Shown: positions 9,828-21,446 of the stretch, piece after piece
Layout: each line of letters opens with the position of its first letter
Numbering within the stretch: the stretch's first letter is position 1
From: Vulcanimicrobiota bacterium
GTDB taxonomy: Bacteria; Vulcanimicrobiota; Vulcanimicrobiia; Eremiobacterales; Eremiobacteraceae
Assembly (NCBI GenBank): GCA_963812135.1
Contig: CAWETU010000001.1
Span: forward strand, 1,568,001-1,632,000
DNA length: 64,000 nucleotides
Direction: 5' to 3'
Notes under the pieces: generated by a model
Told to the model about the DNA's origin: nothing
Seen by the model: only the letters and a program-made list of their open reading frames with translations
Databases searched by the model: none
Translations under genes and position numbers: made by a program

Positions 9828-10905
9828 TCAAAGCCGTATGACGAGCGCATTGGCCTCATCCGTAAACCACGGGCTCCCGTCGGGCCCGACAGTGATAGCC
9901 CGCGGCTCGCCGCTCGGGAAGGCCCAAAGATTGGTCTCGGTTCCGGTCAAGTCGAACTTCGCGATCTGGCTGTTCCACGGAGGCGCGATCTCGGCTTGGC
10001 ACACCCACAGCGATCCGTCAGGAGTCGCGACCATACGCCGCAGCTTTTCCACCGCAGGGTTAGCAACTGCCGGATACTCTGTGATTGCACCTGACGTCGT
10101 GATGCGCCCGAGCTGCCCGACACTTATTTCGGGGAACCATAGCGCACCGTCGGCACCGACGACCAGGTTCTTCGGAGCCGCGCTGGCTGTCGGCAGCGGG
10201 AACTCGGTGATGACTCCAGATGTCGTGATCCTGCCAATTTTGTTACCTGTTTCTTCGCTGAACCACAGGTTGTTATCTGGACCGGTTATAATGAAGGTCG
10301 CTTGGCCAAGATAACCTATGATTGGGTTTGCAGTCGGGATATTGTACGTGGCTGAGTAGGCTGCCGGATGTTGACATCACACCGACAACATTTGCACCGC
10401 CGTGCAGGAACCATATGTTGCCGTCCGGGCCTGCGGTGATCCCCTGAAGGTTCGGCGGTGCGGCGGAGAGCGGCGCAGGCAGTGGAAAGTCGGTTATGAC
10501 ACCAGCGGTTGTGATGCGCCGAATGATTGGCATATTGTAGTCGGTGAACCAGAGGTTGTTATCGGGTCCGACCGCGATGATCGCAGGGCCGGCGCCAGCA
10601 TCCGGGATCGGGTATTCGGTAACCGCACCACCCACAGTCACCTTCGCGATCTTGCCGGCGTCGTATTCGGTTACCCAAAGGTTCCCATCCGGACCGGTGA
10701 CGATGCCGCCGATGTATTCGTTGCCGGTTGAATTGAAGGGCACCTCGCTCGGCAGCGTATACTCCGCAAGCGGTGCGAGTGTCGGGCACGGACATTGCAG
10801 CAGCGTGTGCAGCTGATGCTCGTTGAGCACGCTCTTGGAACTGCAGGCCGCCACAAGCGACGCCGCGACGAGAACTGCTGCTATCAGCGGCGGTTTATGC
10901 AGCAT
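9828..10905 (-). CDS. Vgb-like beta-propeller lipoprotein, paralog 1 (frameshift near 10353)
   Basis: Lipobox VAAC and repeated GPDGNLW motifs. Removing one base near 10353 restores ATYNIPTANP...GPDNNLWF, in frame with 9828..10052. Confidence 0.8.
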
Positions 10906-11050
10906 TTGTCGCCCCCCCCTCGAACCTCCAGTTCAAAGCCATGAGCGCGCTGATCAACAAGCCGCCAAAGCGAAACACGGCTCTCCGCATAGGGTTAGTC
11001 CTTCCCGGATCTGCCTCACATGAGGCCAGACAACTAGAGCTTCTGGCACC

Positions 11051-11095
11051 ATCTTAACGCAAGCGCAATCACGGTGGAATACGCAGAAATACGCA
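11051..11095 (-). promoter_or_regulatory. Putative activator box plus -10 promoter (copy 3)
   Basis: Minus strand TGCGTA-TTTC-TGCGTA-N23-TAAGAT. Confidence 0.6.
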
Positions 11096-11121
11096 GGCCT
11101 ATTGTCCCGCTCGGCCCGAAC

Positions 11122-13608
11122 CTACGCGCTTAGCGCTTCCTGAACCGCCCGATGTTCGGGCCATGCGGCCCCCTGCTTGCCGAGCTCAGCGACTTCGGCC
11201 TCGCCAAGCTGTTCTCGGAGGGCTGCCCCGAGCCGCTCATAACCCCATGCCTCGGTCATTTCGCGCTGTAGACCGAGCTCGTCGAACTGCTTGTCGACGT
11301 ATCCGACGAGCCTAGCACCGGCGCGTCCGTTGCCGCGCAACGCCGCAAGCAATGCGAGGTGCTGTAAGGCGACTGCAATGTTCCAGGAATTCTGGTCAGC
11401 TTGGGACCACCGAAGCGCCTCTTGGGCCGACTCGCGAGCTTCTTCGAGCTCGCCAAGAGCGATCCGATACGCGGTGCTGTTGTTGAGGTCAATGGCCAGA
11501 TCGGTTTTCTCCTTGCCACGCGCGCGGATCACGAGCGACTCGTTCACAAGCTTGAGCGCCTCGTCGGGATGCCTGTCTGCAAATTCGAGTTCCGCGAAGT
11601 TGCCGAGGATGCTTGCCGTCGTAGCCTCGTCGCCGAGTGCGCGGAACGCGGCGAGCGCTTGAGAATAAAGCTGTCTGCCGTCAGCGAAATTCTGTTGACT
11701 GTATGCGTTCAGAGCTTGGAAGTTCAGACATAACGCAACGCCGACATCATCGCCGAGTTGTCGCAACGCGACGATTGCACGACCGATCACCTCGTTTGCT
11801 TCGTCAAGCCGGCCCATTTGAAGCAGGCTCGATGCCATCGTCCGTAGCGAATGCGCGACACCACGCGCGTCGCCAATCTTCTCGTACAGCCCTAACGCTT
11901 TTTGCACGCAATCATACATAGGTTGTCCCTGCACGAAGCGTGCCCTCGCTCGCCAGAGACGCGCTGCTACGGCGGGCTGTTCTTCTTCAGCAACACGCCC
12001 CAATGCGAGATCAAGCCAGCGCTGAGCTTCGCCAGAAAGGCCTGCGAGGATCCACATCCGCTCCAAATGGCCCGCGATGATACCGCCGAGGACGTCATCG
12101 TGATCTCTTGTCAGTGCCCAGTCAAGAGCCGAGCGATAATTCTCAAGATCCTGCTCGACGTCGGCGAGCCAGACCTTCGTCGAACCGACGCCGAAGCGGT
12201 CGTCTGCGGATCGCGCCAGCTGCGCATAATACTCCACGTGGCGGCGCGTAAAGGTCTCACGCCGATCCCCTTTGTTGAGCTTATCGAGCGCATACGCTCG
12301 AGTCGACTCAAGCAACCGATAACGCTCTTCCGTCTCCGCAGCCTGGGCGACGACGAGCGACTTATCAACGAGGCTGATGAGCAAGTCGGCGATATCCGAT
12401 TGGCTCAACTCGCCACCTGTGCAGATCGCCTCGGCTGCTTGCGTGCTAAACGCACCGGCAAAAACCCCCAACCGCTCGAAGAGCCGTTGCTCGCGCGGCG
12501 AGAGCAGGTCGAAGCTCCAATCGATCAGTGCGCTCAGGGTCTTGTGGCGAGGTAACGCGGTGCGGCTGCCGCCCGTTAGAACGCGGAACCGATCATCCAA
12601 GCTCTGCGCCAGCCTTTGAACGCTGACAACATTGACGCGTGTTGCAGCGAGCTCGATCGCGAGCGGGATACCGTCGACGCGGTGGCAGATGTCCGCAACG
12701 ACAGGCGCATTTTCATGCGTCAGCGTGAACCGCGTATCAGCCGCTAGTGCGCGATCGACGAACAGCGCGATCGCGCCGTAGCGCATCGCTCGGTCGGCTC
12801 GCAGGCCGGCAGTCTCTGCCGGCAGCCCGAGCGAACTCACGCGGTGCACGACCTCACCCATGATGCCCAACGCTTGACGAGACGTTGCCAAGATGCGCAC
12901 TTCGGAGCAGTTGTGCAGAATCTCATCGGCGAGCTCCGCTGCGGTTTCGAGCACATGCTCACAGTTGTCGAAGATGAGCAGAGCGTGCCGTCGCTTGAGC
13001 CAACTGATAATCGCTTCGCTCATGGGGCGTCCCGGCTGCTCGTGGACTCCCATCGAATGCGCCACGACGCTGGGGACGAGCCGCCCGTCGCTGATCGGCG
13101 AGAAGTCGCAAAACCAAACGCCGTCCGGATAGAGGCCGATCAAGTCTAGGCCGACGCGCAATGCAAGACGGGTCTTACCGACGCCACCGGATCCTGAGAA
13201 GGTGAGCAGACGTGTGCTCTCGAGCAAGATCTTCACGTCGATTAGATCTTGCTCGCGACCCACCAATGCCGTCAGCTGATACGGCAAGTTGTTCGGCCGT
13301 GATTCAAGGGGACCCGCTGGGACCGCGGGAGCCGCCGACCCGAGCAAACCGACACGCCCTGCTTCGACGACCGCACGCGTACGCGAGGATACGTCAAGTT
13401 TGCCGAGCACGTGATTGATGTGCGTCTCGACGGTTCGCCGGCCAAGGCCGAGACGCTGTGCTATTTCCTTATTGCTGAGTCCAAAGGCGATGAGCTCGAG
13501 GATCTCTTGCTCGCGACGTGTCAGCACGACTCCCTCGCCTTGAGGCGCGCGCACGGATAGGTCATCGCCCAAACGAGAATCTGCGGCGGCAGTCAGAGAC
13601 CGTGCCAC
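11122..13608 (-). CDS. LuxR-HTH / STAND (NB-ARC-like) ATPase / TPR transcriptional regulator
   Basis: N-terminal LTRREQEILELIAFGLSNKEIA...TVETHINHVLGKL (LuxR HTH), Walker A GSGGVGKT, Walker B LLIFDNCE, GIPLAIELAA, C-terminal TPR-like helices. Start is GTG 13608 or ATG 13641 (uncertain). Confidence 0.9.
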   Translation of the reverse strand: MARSLTAAADSRLGDDLSVRAPQGEGVVLTRREQEILELIAFGLSNKEIAQRLGLGRRTVETHINHVLGKLDVSSRTRAVVEAGRVGLLGSAAPAVPAGPLESRPNNLPYQLTALVGREQDLIDVKILLESTRLLTFSGSGGVGKTRLALRVGLDLIGLYPDGVWFCDFSPISDGRLVPSVVAHSMGVHEQPGRPMSEAIISWLKRRHALLIFDNCEHVLETAAELADEILHNCSEVRILATSRQALGIMGEVVHRVSSLGLPAETAGLRADRAMRYGAIALFVDRALAADTRFTLTHENAPVVADICHRVDGIPLAIELAATRVNVVSVQRLAQSLDDRFRVLTGGSRTALPRHKTLSALIDWSFDLLSPREQRLFERLGVFAGAFSTQAAEAICTGGELSQSDIADLLISLVDKSLVVAQAAETEERYRLLESTRAYALDKLNKGDRRETFTRRHVEYYAQLARSADDRFGVGSTKVWLADVEQDLENYRSALDWALTRDHDDVLGGIIAGHLERMWILAGLSGEAQRWLDLALGRVAEEEQPAVAARLWRARARFVQGQPMYDCVQKALGLYEKIGDARGVAHSLRTMASSLLQMGRLDEANEVIGRAIVALRQLGDDVGVALCLNFQALNAYSQQNFADGRQLYSQALAAFRALGDEATTASILGNFAELEFADRHPDEALKLVNESLVIRARGKEKTDLAIDLNNSTAYRIALGELEEARESAQEALRWSQADQNSWNIAVALQHLALLAALRGNGRAGARLVGYVDKQFDELGLQREMTEAWGYERLGAALREQLGEAEVAELGKQGAAWPEHRAVQEALSA

Positions 13609-13807
13609 ACCGTCATCCCCCGTCGTCTTCGCGTTTCGCATCGGACTCAAAAGCCCCGCCCCATGAGAGCTCGGGTGCTTGGCCCGTTGGATATAGCAGC
13701 GAAAAGACCCTTGAGGGCTCAAGACTCGCCACGAAACGCCGTACCGCCGGTCGATGAAACCGGCGGTTGGCGCGGTATCCGCTTTGGTTTGCGCCGCAAG
13801 AGAAGCG

Positions 13808-14305
13808 CTACCGTACGGGTCTGCGTAAGCCACCGTTGAGCGACTCTGGCAAAGCCGCGTTAGCGGTTGCGAACGTGATGGTGAAGTAGTAGGATCGCTT
13901 GAACGAATTGCAGTTACGCACTTCGGGTGCATACTTGGAACCTTTGGCTGCGGTCAACGCCTGCTCGTCGAGGAACACGTTTCCGGACGACTTCGCGATC
14001 CGTGACGCGAGCACGTTGCCGACTGAATCCAGGTCGACCATGACTTGCGTCGTGGAGCCGCCTGTCTGGGCGGCGATCAGGTTGAGCCACTGCGCCGGGT
14101 ACGGACTCGTGATGGCTGCGTTGGAGTCAGGATCCGGGCATGAACCAAGGTTCGGGATCGTGACGTCGGCGGCCATAGCCACCGGCGAGAGGTTGCTGTA
14201 GATCACGCGGGTATCAGCGTTCGCTTGGAATTGGACAGTGAAGCCGATCAGCGCCGCTGCCAGAACACCGAGCACCGCCGGGGCGATCCGTGCGCGGTTA
14301 TACAT
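13808..14305 (-). CDS. Secreted TonB C-terminal domain-like protein, paralog 2
   Basis: Signal peptide, then TQVMVDLDSVGNV....IAKSSGNVFLDEQALTAAKGSKYAP; RBS AAGGAG. Confidence 0.75.
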   Translation of the reverse strand: MYNRARIAPAVLGVLAAALIGFTVQFQANADTRVIYSNLSPVAMAADVTIPNLGSCPDPDSNAAITSPYPAQWLNLIAAQTGGSTTQVMVDLDSVGNVLASRIAKSSGNVFLDEQALTAAKGSKYAPEVRNCNSFKRSYYFTITFATANAALPESLNGGLRRPVR

Positions 14306-14323
14306 GATAGTCTCCTTAGAGCC

Positions 14324-14397
14324 ATGGTGCCGAAGCGACGGCTTTCATCGTTTCGGAGAGATCGTCAAGCGGCTGGTTTAGGGCGGCATCGACCTCT
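14324..14397 (-). ncRNA. Conserved structured 5' leader, copy 2 (candidate cis-regulatory RNA)
   Basis: AGAGGUCG/CGAUCUCU stem and CCGAA-A-CGAUG/CGUCG-C-UUCGG stem. Confidence 0.5.
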
Positions 14398-14403
14398 GGC
14401 TCT

Positions 14404-14471
14404 ACGGTATCAGGTCGCTGGGTCTAGCCGCGTCCGCATAACTACTGGGTGCGCATCCAGAAAATTACGTA
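14404..14471 (-). promoter_or_regulatory. Putative activator box plus extended -10 promoter (copy 4)
   Basis: Minus strand TACGTA-ATTT-TCTGGA ... TGCGGA-N23-TACCGT, with TG extension (TGaTACCGT). Confidence 0.55.
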
Positions 14472-14684
14472 GACGCACCTAGGCCCGTGCGAAGATGGCG
14501 AGTGCGCTCTAACACTCGCTGGCGGTGGGCGCTCCTACGGGCAGTGGCAGGAGCATGAGCTGGCAGACGTCGACGACCTCGGGACCGGTGCCGCGAGTGC
14601 CGGCCAATAGAAGCACGCGAGCAACAAAACGCCGCGGCCAGTGACGTGCGCGGCGTTGCATGACATTTGAACGCGTCGAGAGGG

Positions 14685-15947
<1,263 letters not shown>

Positions 15948-15997
15948 CCACTGCCTTTCCCGAGCTTCGCTCGGGCGCTACAGGCCCGGGCATTGTC

Positions 15998-16621
15998 TCA
16001 CGCCGCTGATGGTTTCGGCGCGCTCGCCGCTCGGGTTTCCTTATTCATCACCGAGTCGACGATCCCGTAGGCGACGGCTTCCTCGGCCGTCATGATGTAA
16101 TCCCGCTCCAAATCCCGTTCGATTCGTTCCAGGGATTGTCCCGTTGTCTCCACATAGATATCGGCCAAAACGCGACGGCTCTTAATGAGGTCGCGCGCGT
16201 GGATCTCTAGGTCGGTCGCCTGTCCGCCCATCTGTGATACCCATGGCTGGTGGATGATGACCTTGGAATACGGAAGGCAGAAACGGTTGCCTTTCGCACC
16301 GCCGGTCAGCAGGATGGATGCCGCGCTGGCGGCCATGCCCGCGCAAAACGTCGCGACCGCCGGCTTGATGAGACGCATCGTATCGTAGATCGCCAGCCCT
16401 GCGGTGAGGCTGCCGCCCGGCGAGTTGATGTACATCTCGATGTCTTTGTCCGCGTCTTCGCGCTCCAAGAACAGCAGCTGCGCGATGACGAGGTTGGCCA
16501 TGTTGTCGTCGATGCCGCCCGTCACGAAGATGATGCGGTCTTTGAGCAGGCGAGAAAAGATGTCGAAGGCGCGTTCGCCGCGCGACGTCTGCTCGACCAC
16601 CATCGGCACTAAGTGTCCCAT
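15998..16621 (-). CDS. clpP: ATP-dependent Clp protease proteolytic subunit
   Basis: [30 protein letters not shown]. Confidence 0.97.
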   Translation of the reverse strand: MGHLVPMVVEQTSRGERAFDIFSRLLKDRIIFVTGGIDDNMANLVIAQLLFLEREDADKDIEMYINSPGGSLTAGLAIYDTMRLIKPAVATFCAGMAASAASILLTGGAKGNRFCLPYSKVIIHQPWVSQMGGQATDLEIHARDLIKSRRVLADIYVETTGQSLERIERDLERDYIMTAEEAVAYGIVDSVMNKETRAASAPKPSAA

Positions 16622-16645
16622 ACGATACTTCTATCCTTTTCTGGT

Positions 16646-17974
16646 TTATGCTACGACCGGCGGCGGAGGTTCTGCAGCAGGGGCTTCGACGACCTTCGCC
16701 TTTTCGACTAGGAATGCCAAAGTCTTGTTACGCCGGATCGCGCTCACGAAGCGATTCATGTTGTCGGATGTGCGCAGCGCTTCTAAAGTGGCGCGTCCGG
16801 TCGAGCCCTGCGCGCGTGCGAGACGCTCGACTTCGCGCTCGACGTCCTGCTCGCTCACGCGGATATGCTCTGCCTTCGCGATCTCCTCGACGATCAATCC
16901 AGCCTTCACGCGGCGCTGCGCGTCGGGGCCGATCTGCGCCTTGACGTCGTCTTCCGATTGTTTGCGGCCCTGCAAGTAGTCATCCCAGGTGAGTCCGGAT
17001 CGCTCCACCGACTCTCTGATTTCGGCGAGCAGGTTGTGCGTCTCGCGTTCGACCAGCACCTCTGGGAGCGGGAATTCGTGCGACGCCGCGAGCGTGCGCA
17101 GCAGCTCGCCTTCAATCGCGTCGCGCGCGCGCGCCTGCGCCATGCGCTCGAGGCGCCGGCGCACTTCGTTGCGCAGCGCGTCGAGCGTCTCCAGATCGGA
17201 CACGCTCTTGGCGAATTCGTCATCGAGCGCGGGTAGCACCGCCATTTTTACGTCGCGCACCGATACGTCGAACACGGCGGTCTTGCCGGCGAGGGTCTCG
17301 GGGCGATATGTCGCGGGGAACGTCACCGTCACGGTGCGCTGCTCGCCGGGCTTTGCGCCATACAGTTGCTCGGCGAAGCCGGGGACGAATCGCTCCGGCG
17401 TGATCTCGGTCGTGTGATCGGTCGCCGAACCGCCTTCGAAGGCTTCGCCGTCGATCCGCCCGATGTAATCCAACGTGACGACGTCGCCTGCTTGGATGCC
17501 GCGATCGCCGGCCGGTTCCAACGTCGCGATGCGCCGGCGCAGCGAGTCGATGCTTTCGTCCACTTCGCGATCGCTCACATCGGTCGGCGGCGAGTTCACC
17601 TCGAGGCCGGTGTACGATCCCAATGTGATCTCGGGCCGCACCGCGACGGTGGCAGTGATCTTCAGCGCGCGGCCGTCCTCGATGCGCTCGAGGTCGATCT
17701 TCGGGCTATCCACGGGATCGAGATCGTGTTCTTCGAGCGCCTTGGCGTACACGTCGGGCACGACGTCTTCGATGGCTTCGTGGTCGATATGCTCCGCGCC
17801 GACGTGTTGCTCGATGATGCGTTTCGGGATATGGCCGGGGCGAAAGCCGGGGATGCGCAGCGAATTCGACAGCCGTTTGAGCGCGCGCTCGCGAGCCTTG
17901 TCGAGGTCGCCGGCAGGCACTTCGATGTCGAGCTGGACCTGCGTAGGGGCGAGCTTGCGAAGGGTGGTGGTCAA
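16646..17974 (-). CDS. tig: Trigger factor
   Basis: IPGFRPGHIP ribosome-binding motif, FKBP domain, tig-clpP-clpX order; start TTG 17974. Confidence 0.95.
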   Translation of the reverse strand: MTTTLRKLAPTQVQLDIEVPAGDLDKARERALKRLSNSLRIPGFRPGHIPKRIIEQHVGAEHIDHEAIEDVVPDVYAKALEEHDLDPVDSPKIDLERIEDGRALKITATVAVRPEITLGSYTGLEVNSPPTDVSDREVDESIDSLRRRIATLEPAGDRGIQAGDVVTLDYIGRIDGEAFEGGSATDHTTEITPERFVPGFAEQLYGAKPGEQRTVTVTFPATYRPETLAGKTAVFDVSVRDVKMAVLPALDDEFAKSVSDLETLDALRNEVRRRLERMAQARARDAIEGELLRTLAASHEFPLPEVLVERETHNLLAEIRESVERSGLTWDDYLQGRKQSEDDVKAQIGPDAQRRVKAGLIVEEIAKAEHIRVSEQDVEREVERLARAQGSTGRATLEALRTSDNMNRFVSAIRRNKTLAFLVEKAKVVEAPAAEPPPPVVA

Positions 17975-18010
17975 ACCTGTGGCTTTCTGGGCGTGGAGTG
18001 CATCGGACAG

Positions 18011-18085
18011 TGGAGCGGAAGACGAGATTCGAACTCGCGACCCTCGCCTTGGCAAGGCGATGCTCTACCGCTGAGCTACTTCCGC
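18011..18085 (-). tRNA. tRNA-Gly(GCC)
   Basis: GCGGAAGTAGCTCAGCGGTAGAGCATCGCCTTGCCAAGGCGAGGGTCGCGAGTTCGAATCTCGTCTTCCGCTCCA. Confidence 0.97.
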
Positions 18086-18185
18086 GTGCGAAGGGCGGTT
18101 ACTTAAGCGCGCCGCCTGTTTTCCCTTGCAGGAGACGGCGCGCGCACCGCATGGATTTGCGACTTCGCGCGAGAAATGCAGTCGC

Positions 18186-18320
18186 ATGCTGCACGATTCA
18201 GGTCTCGTCGTCATCTGTCTCGTGGCCGGTGGGGCGATATACCTTGCGATCTTCTTCTGGGTCACGGTGCGGCGCGTCCGCGAGCTCGGGCCGCCGACCC
18301 CACCGCCGGAACATCACTAG
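18186..18320 (+). CDS. Small single-TM protein (44 aa), hypothetical
   Basis: MLHDSGLVVICLVAGGAIYLAIFFWVTVRRVRELGPPTPPPEHH fills the gap between the tRNA and acs and is followed by a hairpin. Confidence 0.5.
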   Translation: MLHDSGLVVICLVAGGAIYLAIFFWVTVRRVRELGPPTPPPEHH

Positions 18321-18324
18321 GAAA

Positions 18325-18351
18325 AGGCGGACCCCTTTAGGAGGTCCGCCT
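18325..18351. terminator. Hairpin between the convergent small ORF and acs
   Basis: AGGCGGACC...GGTCCGCCT inverted repeat. Confidence 0.55.
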
Positions 18352-18382
18352 CACGCGTGGCCCCGCCGTGTGAAGGCCTGCG

Positions 18383-20360
<1,978 letters not shown>

Positions 20361-20668
20361 GGGAGCCTCCATTGGCTGATCGAAGCCGGCATCTGAGCCG
20401 GCTCGCATGGGTGCGCGCAGATAGGACATGCCGCGCGTCGCGGGGGACAGGTGAGTTAGCTGCCGTCAGGGGGTATCCTCTCGCGGCGCCCGTTACGTCG
20501 AACGGGGGCCGCCGCGTCGAGGCTTTGGGCGCGCGTTTCGAGGTCAAGAGGTGGCGGCCACGACGAGGCTCAACTGCTTGGGCGACAAGCGGCGGCGCGT
20601 CGTTCCTGCGACACGCGGCGTTTGCCGTTTTTGGATTTCTTACGTGGCGTTCGACTGGAGGTTGATTG

Positions 20669-21211
20669 ATGGCTAGCACCACCACTGAGCCGCAAGTAGC
20701 CAATCCCGCTCCATTGGGGCTTGCCGGGTTCGCGCTCACGACGCTCTTATTGTCGGCATCAAATGCAGGGCTGCTCAAAGGCTCCGATGTCTGGCTCGCC
20801 TACGCGCTCTTCTACGGAGGTATCGCTCAATTCGCTGCCGGGATGTGGGAGTTCAAGGCCAAGAACACATTTGGCGCGACGGCGTTCTCGACGTATGGAG
20901 CGTTCTGGTTAGGCACGGCGTTTTACGTCTGGTTCTGGGCAGGGAAATCGACCGACCTGCACGCTGACCTCGCCTGGATGCTCCTCGGCTTTGCGATCTT
21001 CACCGGGTACATGATGCTCAACTCGTTCAACCTGAAAAACCCGCCGGTGATGTGGGTCTTCGTGGCCCTGTTCATCACGTTTGTGTTGCTCTGCGCCGGC
21101 GAGTTCACGGGCATGGCGACACTGCACACGCTGGGAGGTTACGTCGGTATTCTCACAGCGCTGCTCGCATGGTACGCATCGTATAAAGGCGTGGCGAACA
21201 GTTTGGCCTGA
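20669..21211 (+). CDS. satP: Acetate uptake transporter, SatP/YaaH (GPR1/FUN34) family
   Basis: NPAPLGL motif, NTFGATAFSTYGAFW, six TM segments; divergent from acs. Confidence 0.9.
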   Translation: MASTTTEPQVANPAPLGLAGFALTTLLLSASNAGLLKGSDVWLAYALFYGGIAQFAAGMWEFKAKNTFGATAFSTYGAFWLGTAFYVWFWAGKSTDLHADLAWMLLGFAIFTGYMMLNSFNLKNPPVMWVFVALFITFVLLCAGEFTGMATLHTLGGYVGILTALLAWYASYKGVANSLA

Positions 21212-21230
21212 GCTCGGATCGTAAACGTTG

Positions 21231-21262
21231 CGGCGACGGTGGTTACCGTCGCCGTTTTTTTT
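21231..21262 (+). terminator. Rho-independent terminator
   Basis: CGGCGACGGT-GGTT-ACCGTCGCCG followed by T8. Confidence 0.85.
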
Positions 21263-21263
21263 A

Positions 21264-21345
21264 TGGGCAAGACAGGACTCGAACCTGCACGGGTCGCCCC
21301 ACCGGAACCTAAATCCGGCGCGTATACCAGTTCCGCCACTTGCCC
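21264..21345 (-). tRNA. tRNA-Leu(TAG)
   Basis: GGGCAAGTGGCGGAACTGGTATACGCGCCGGATTTAGGTTCCGG...GGTTCGAGTCCTGTCTTGCCCA; long variable arm; no encoded CCA. Confidence 0.95.
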
Positions 21346-21446
21346 ACTACGCGATCGCGCGTTTCGGCGCGAGCGGCCGCCTTTCTTGTGAGCGGCCGCC
21401 CGCGTCATGACGCGAGACTGAAGGCGGAGGTATCAGGCCCTTTGCG

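Noticed and set aside
8712..10905. Vgb-like genes as streptogramin B resistance lyases
   Set aside because: They are exported lipoproteins with generic propeller repeats; the fold alone does not support lyase activity.
14480..14684. Short Cys-containing ORFs between clpX and promoter copy 4
   Set aside because: No RBS, atypical codon use, no recognisable motif.
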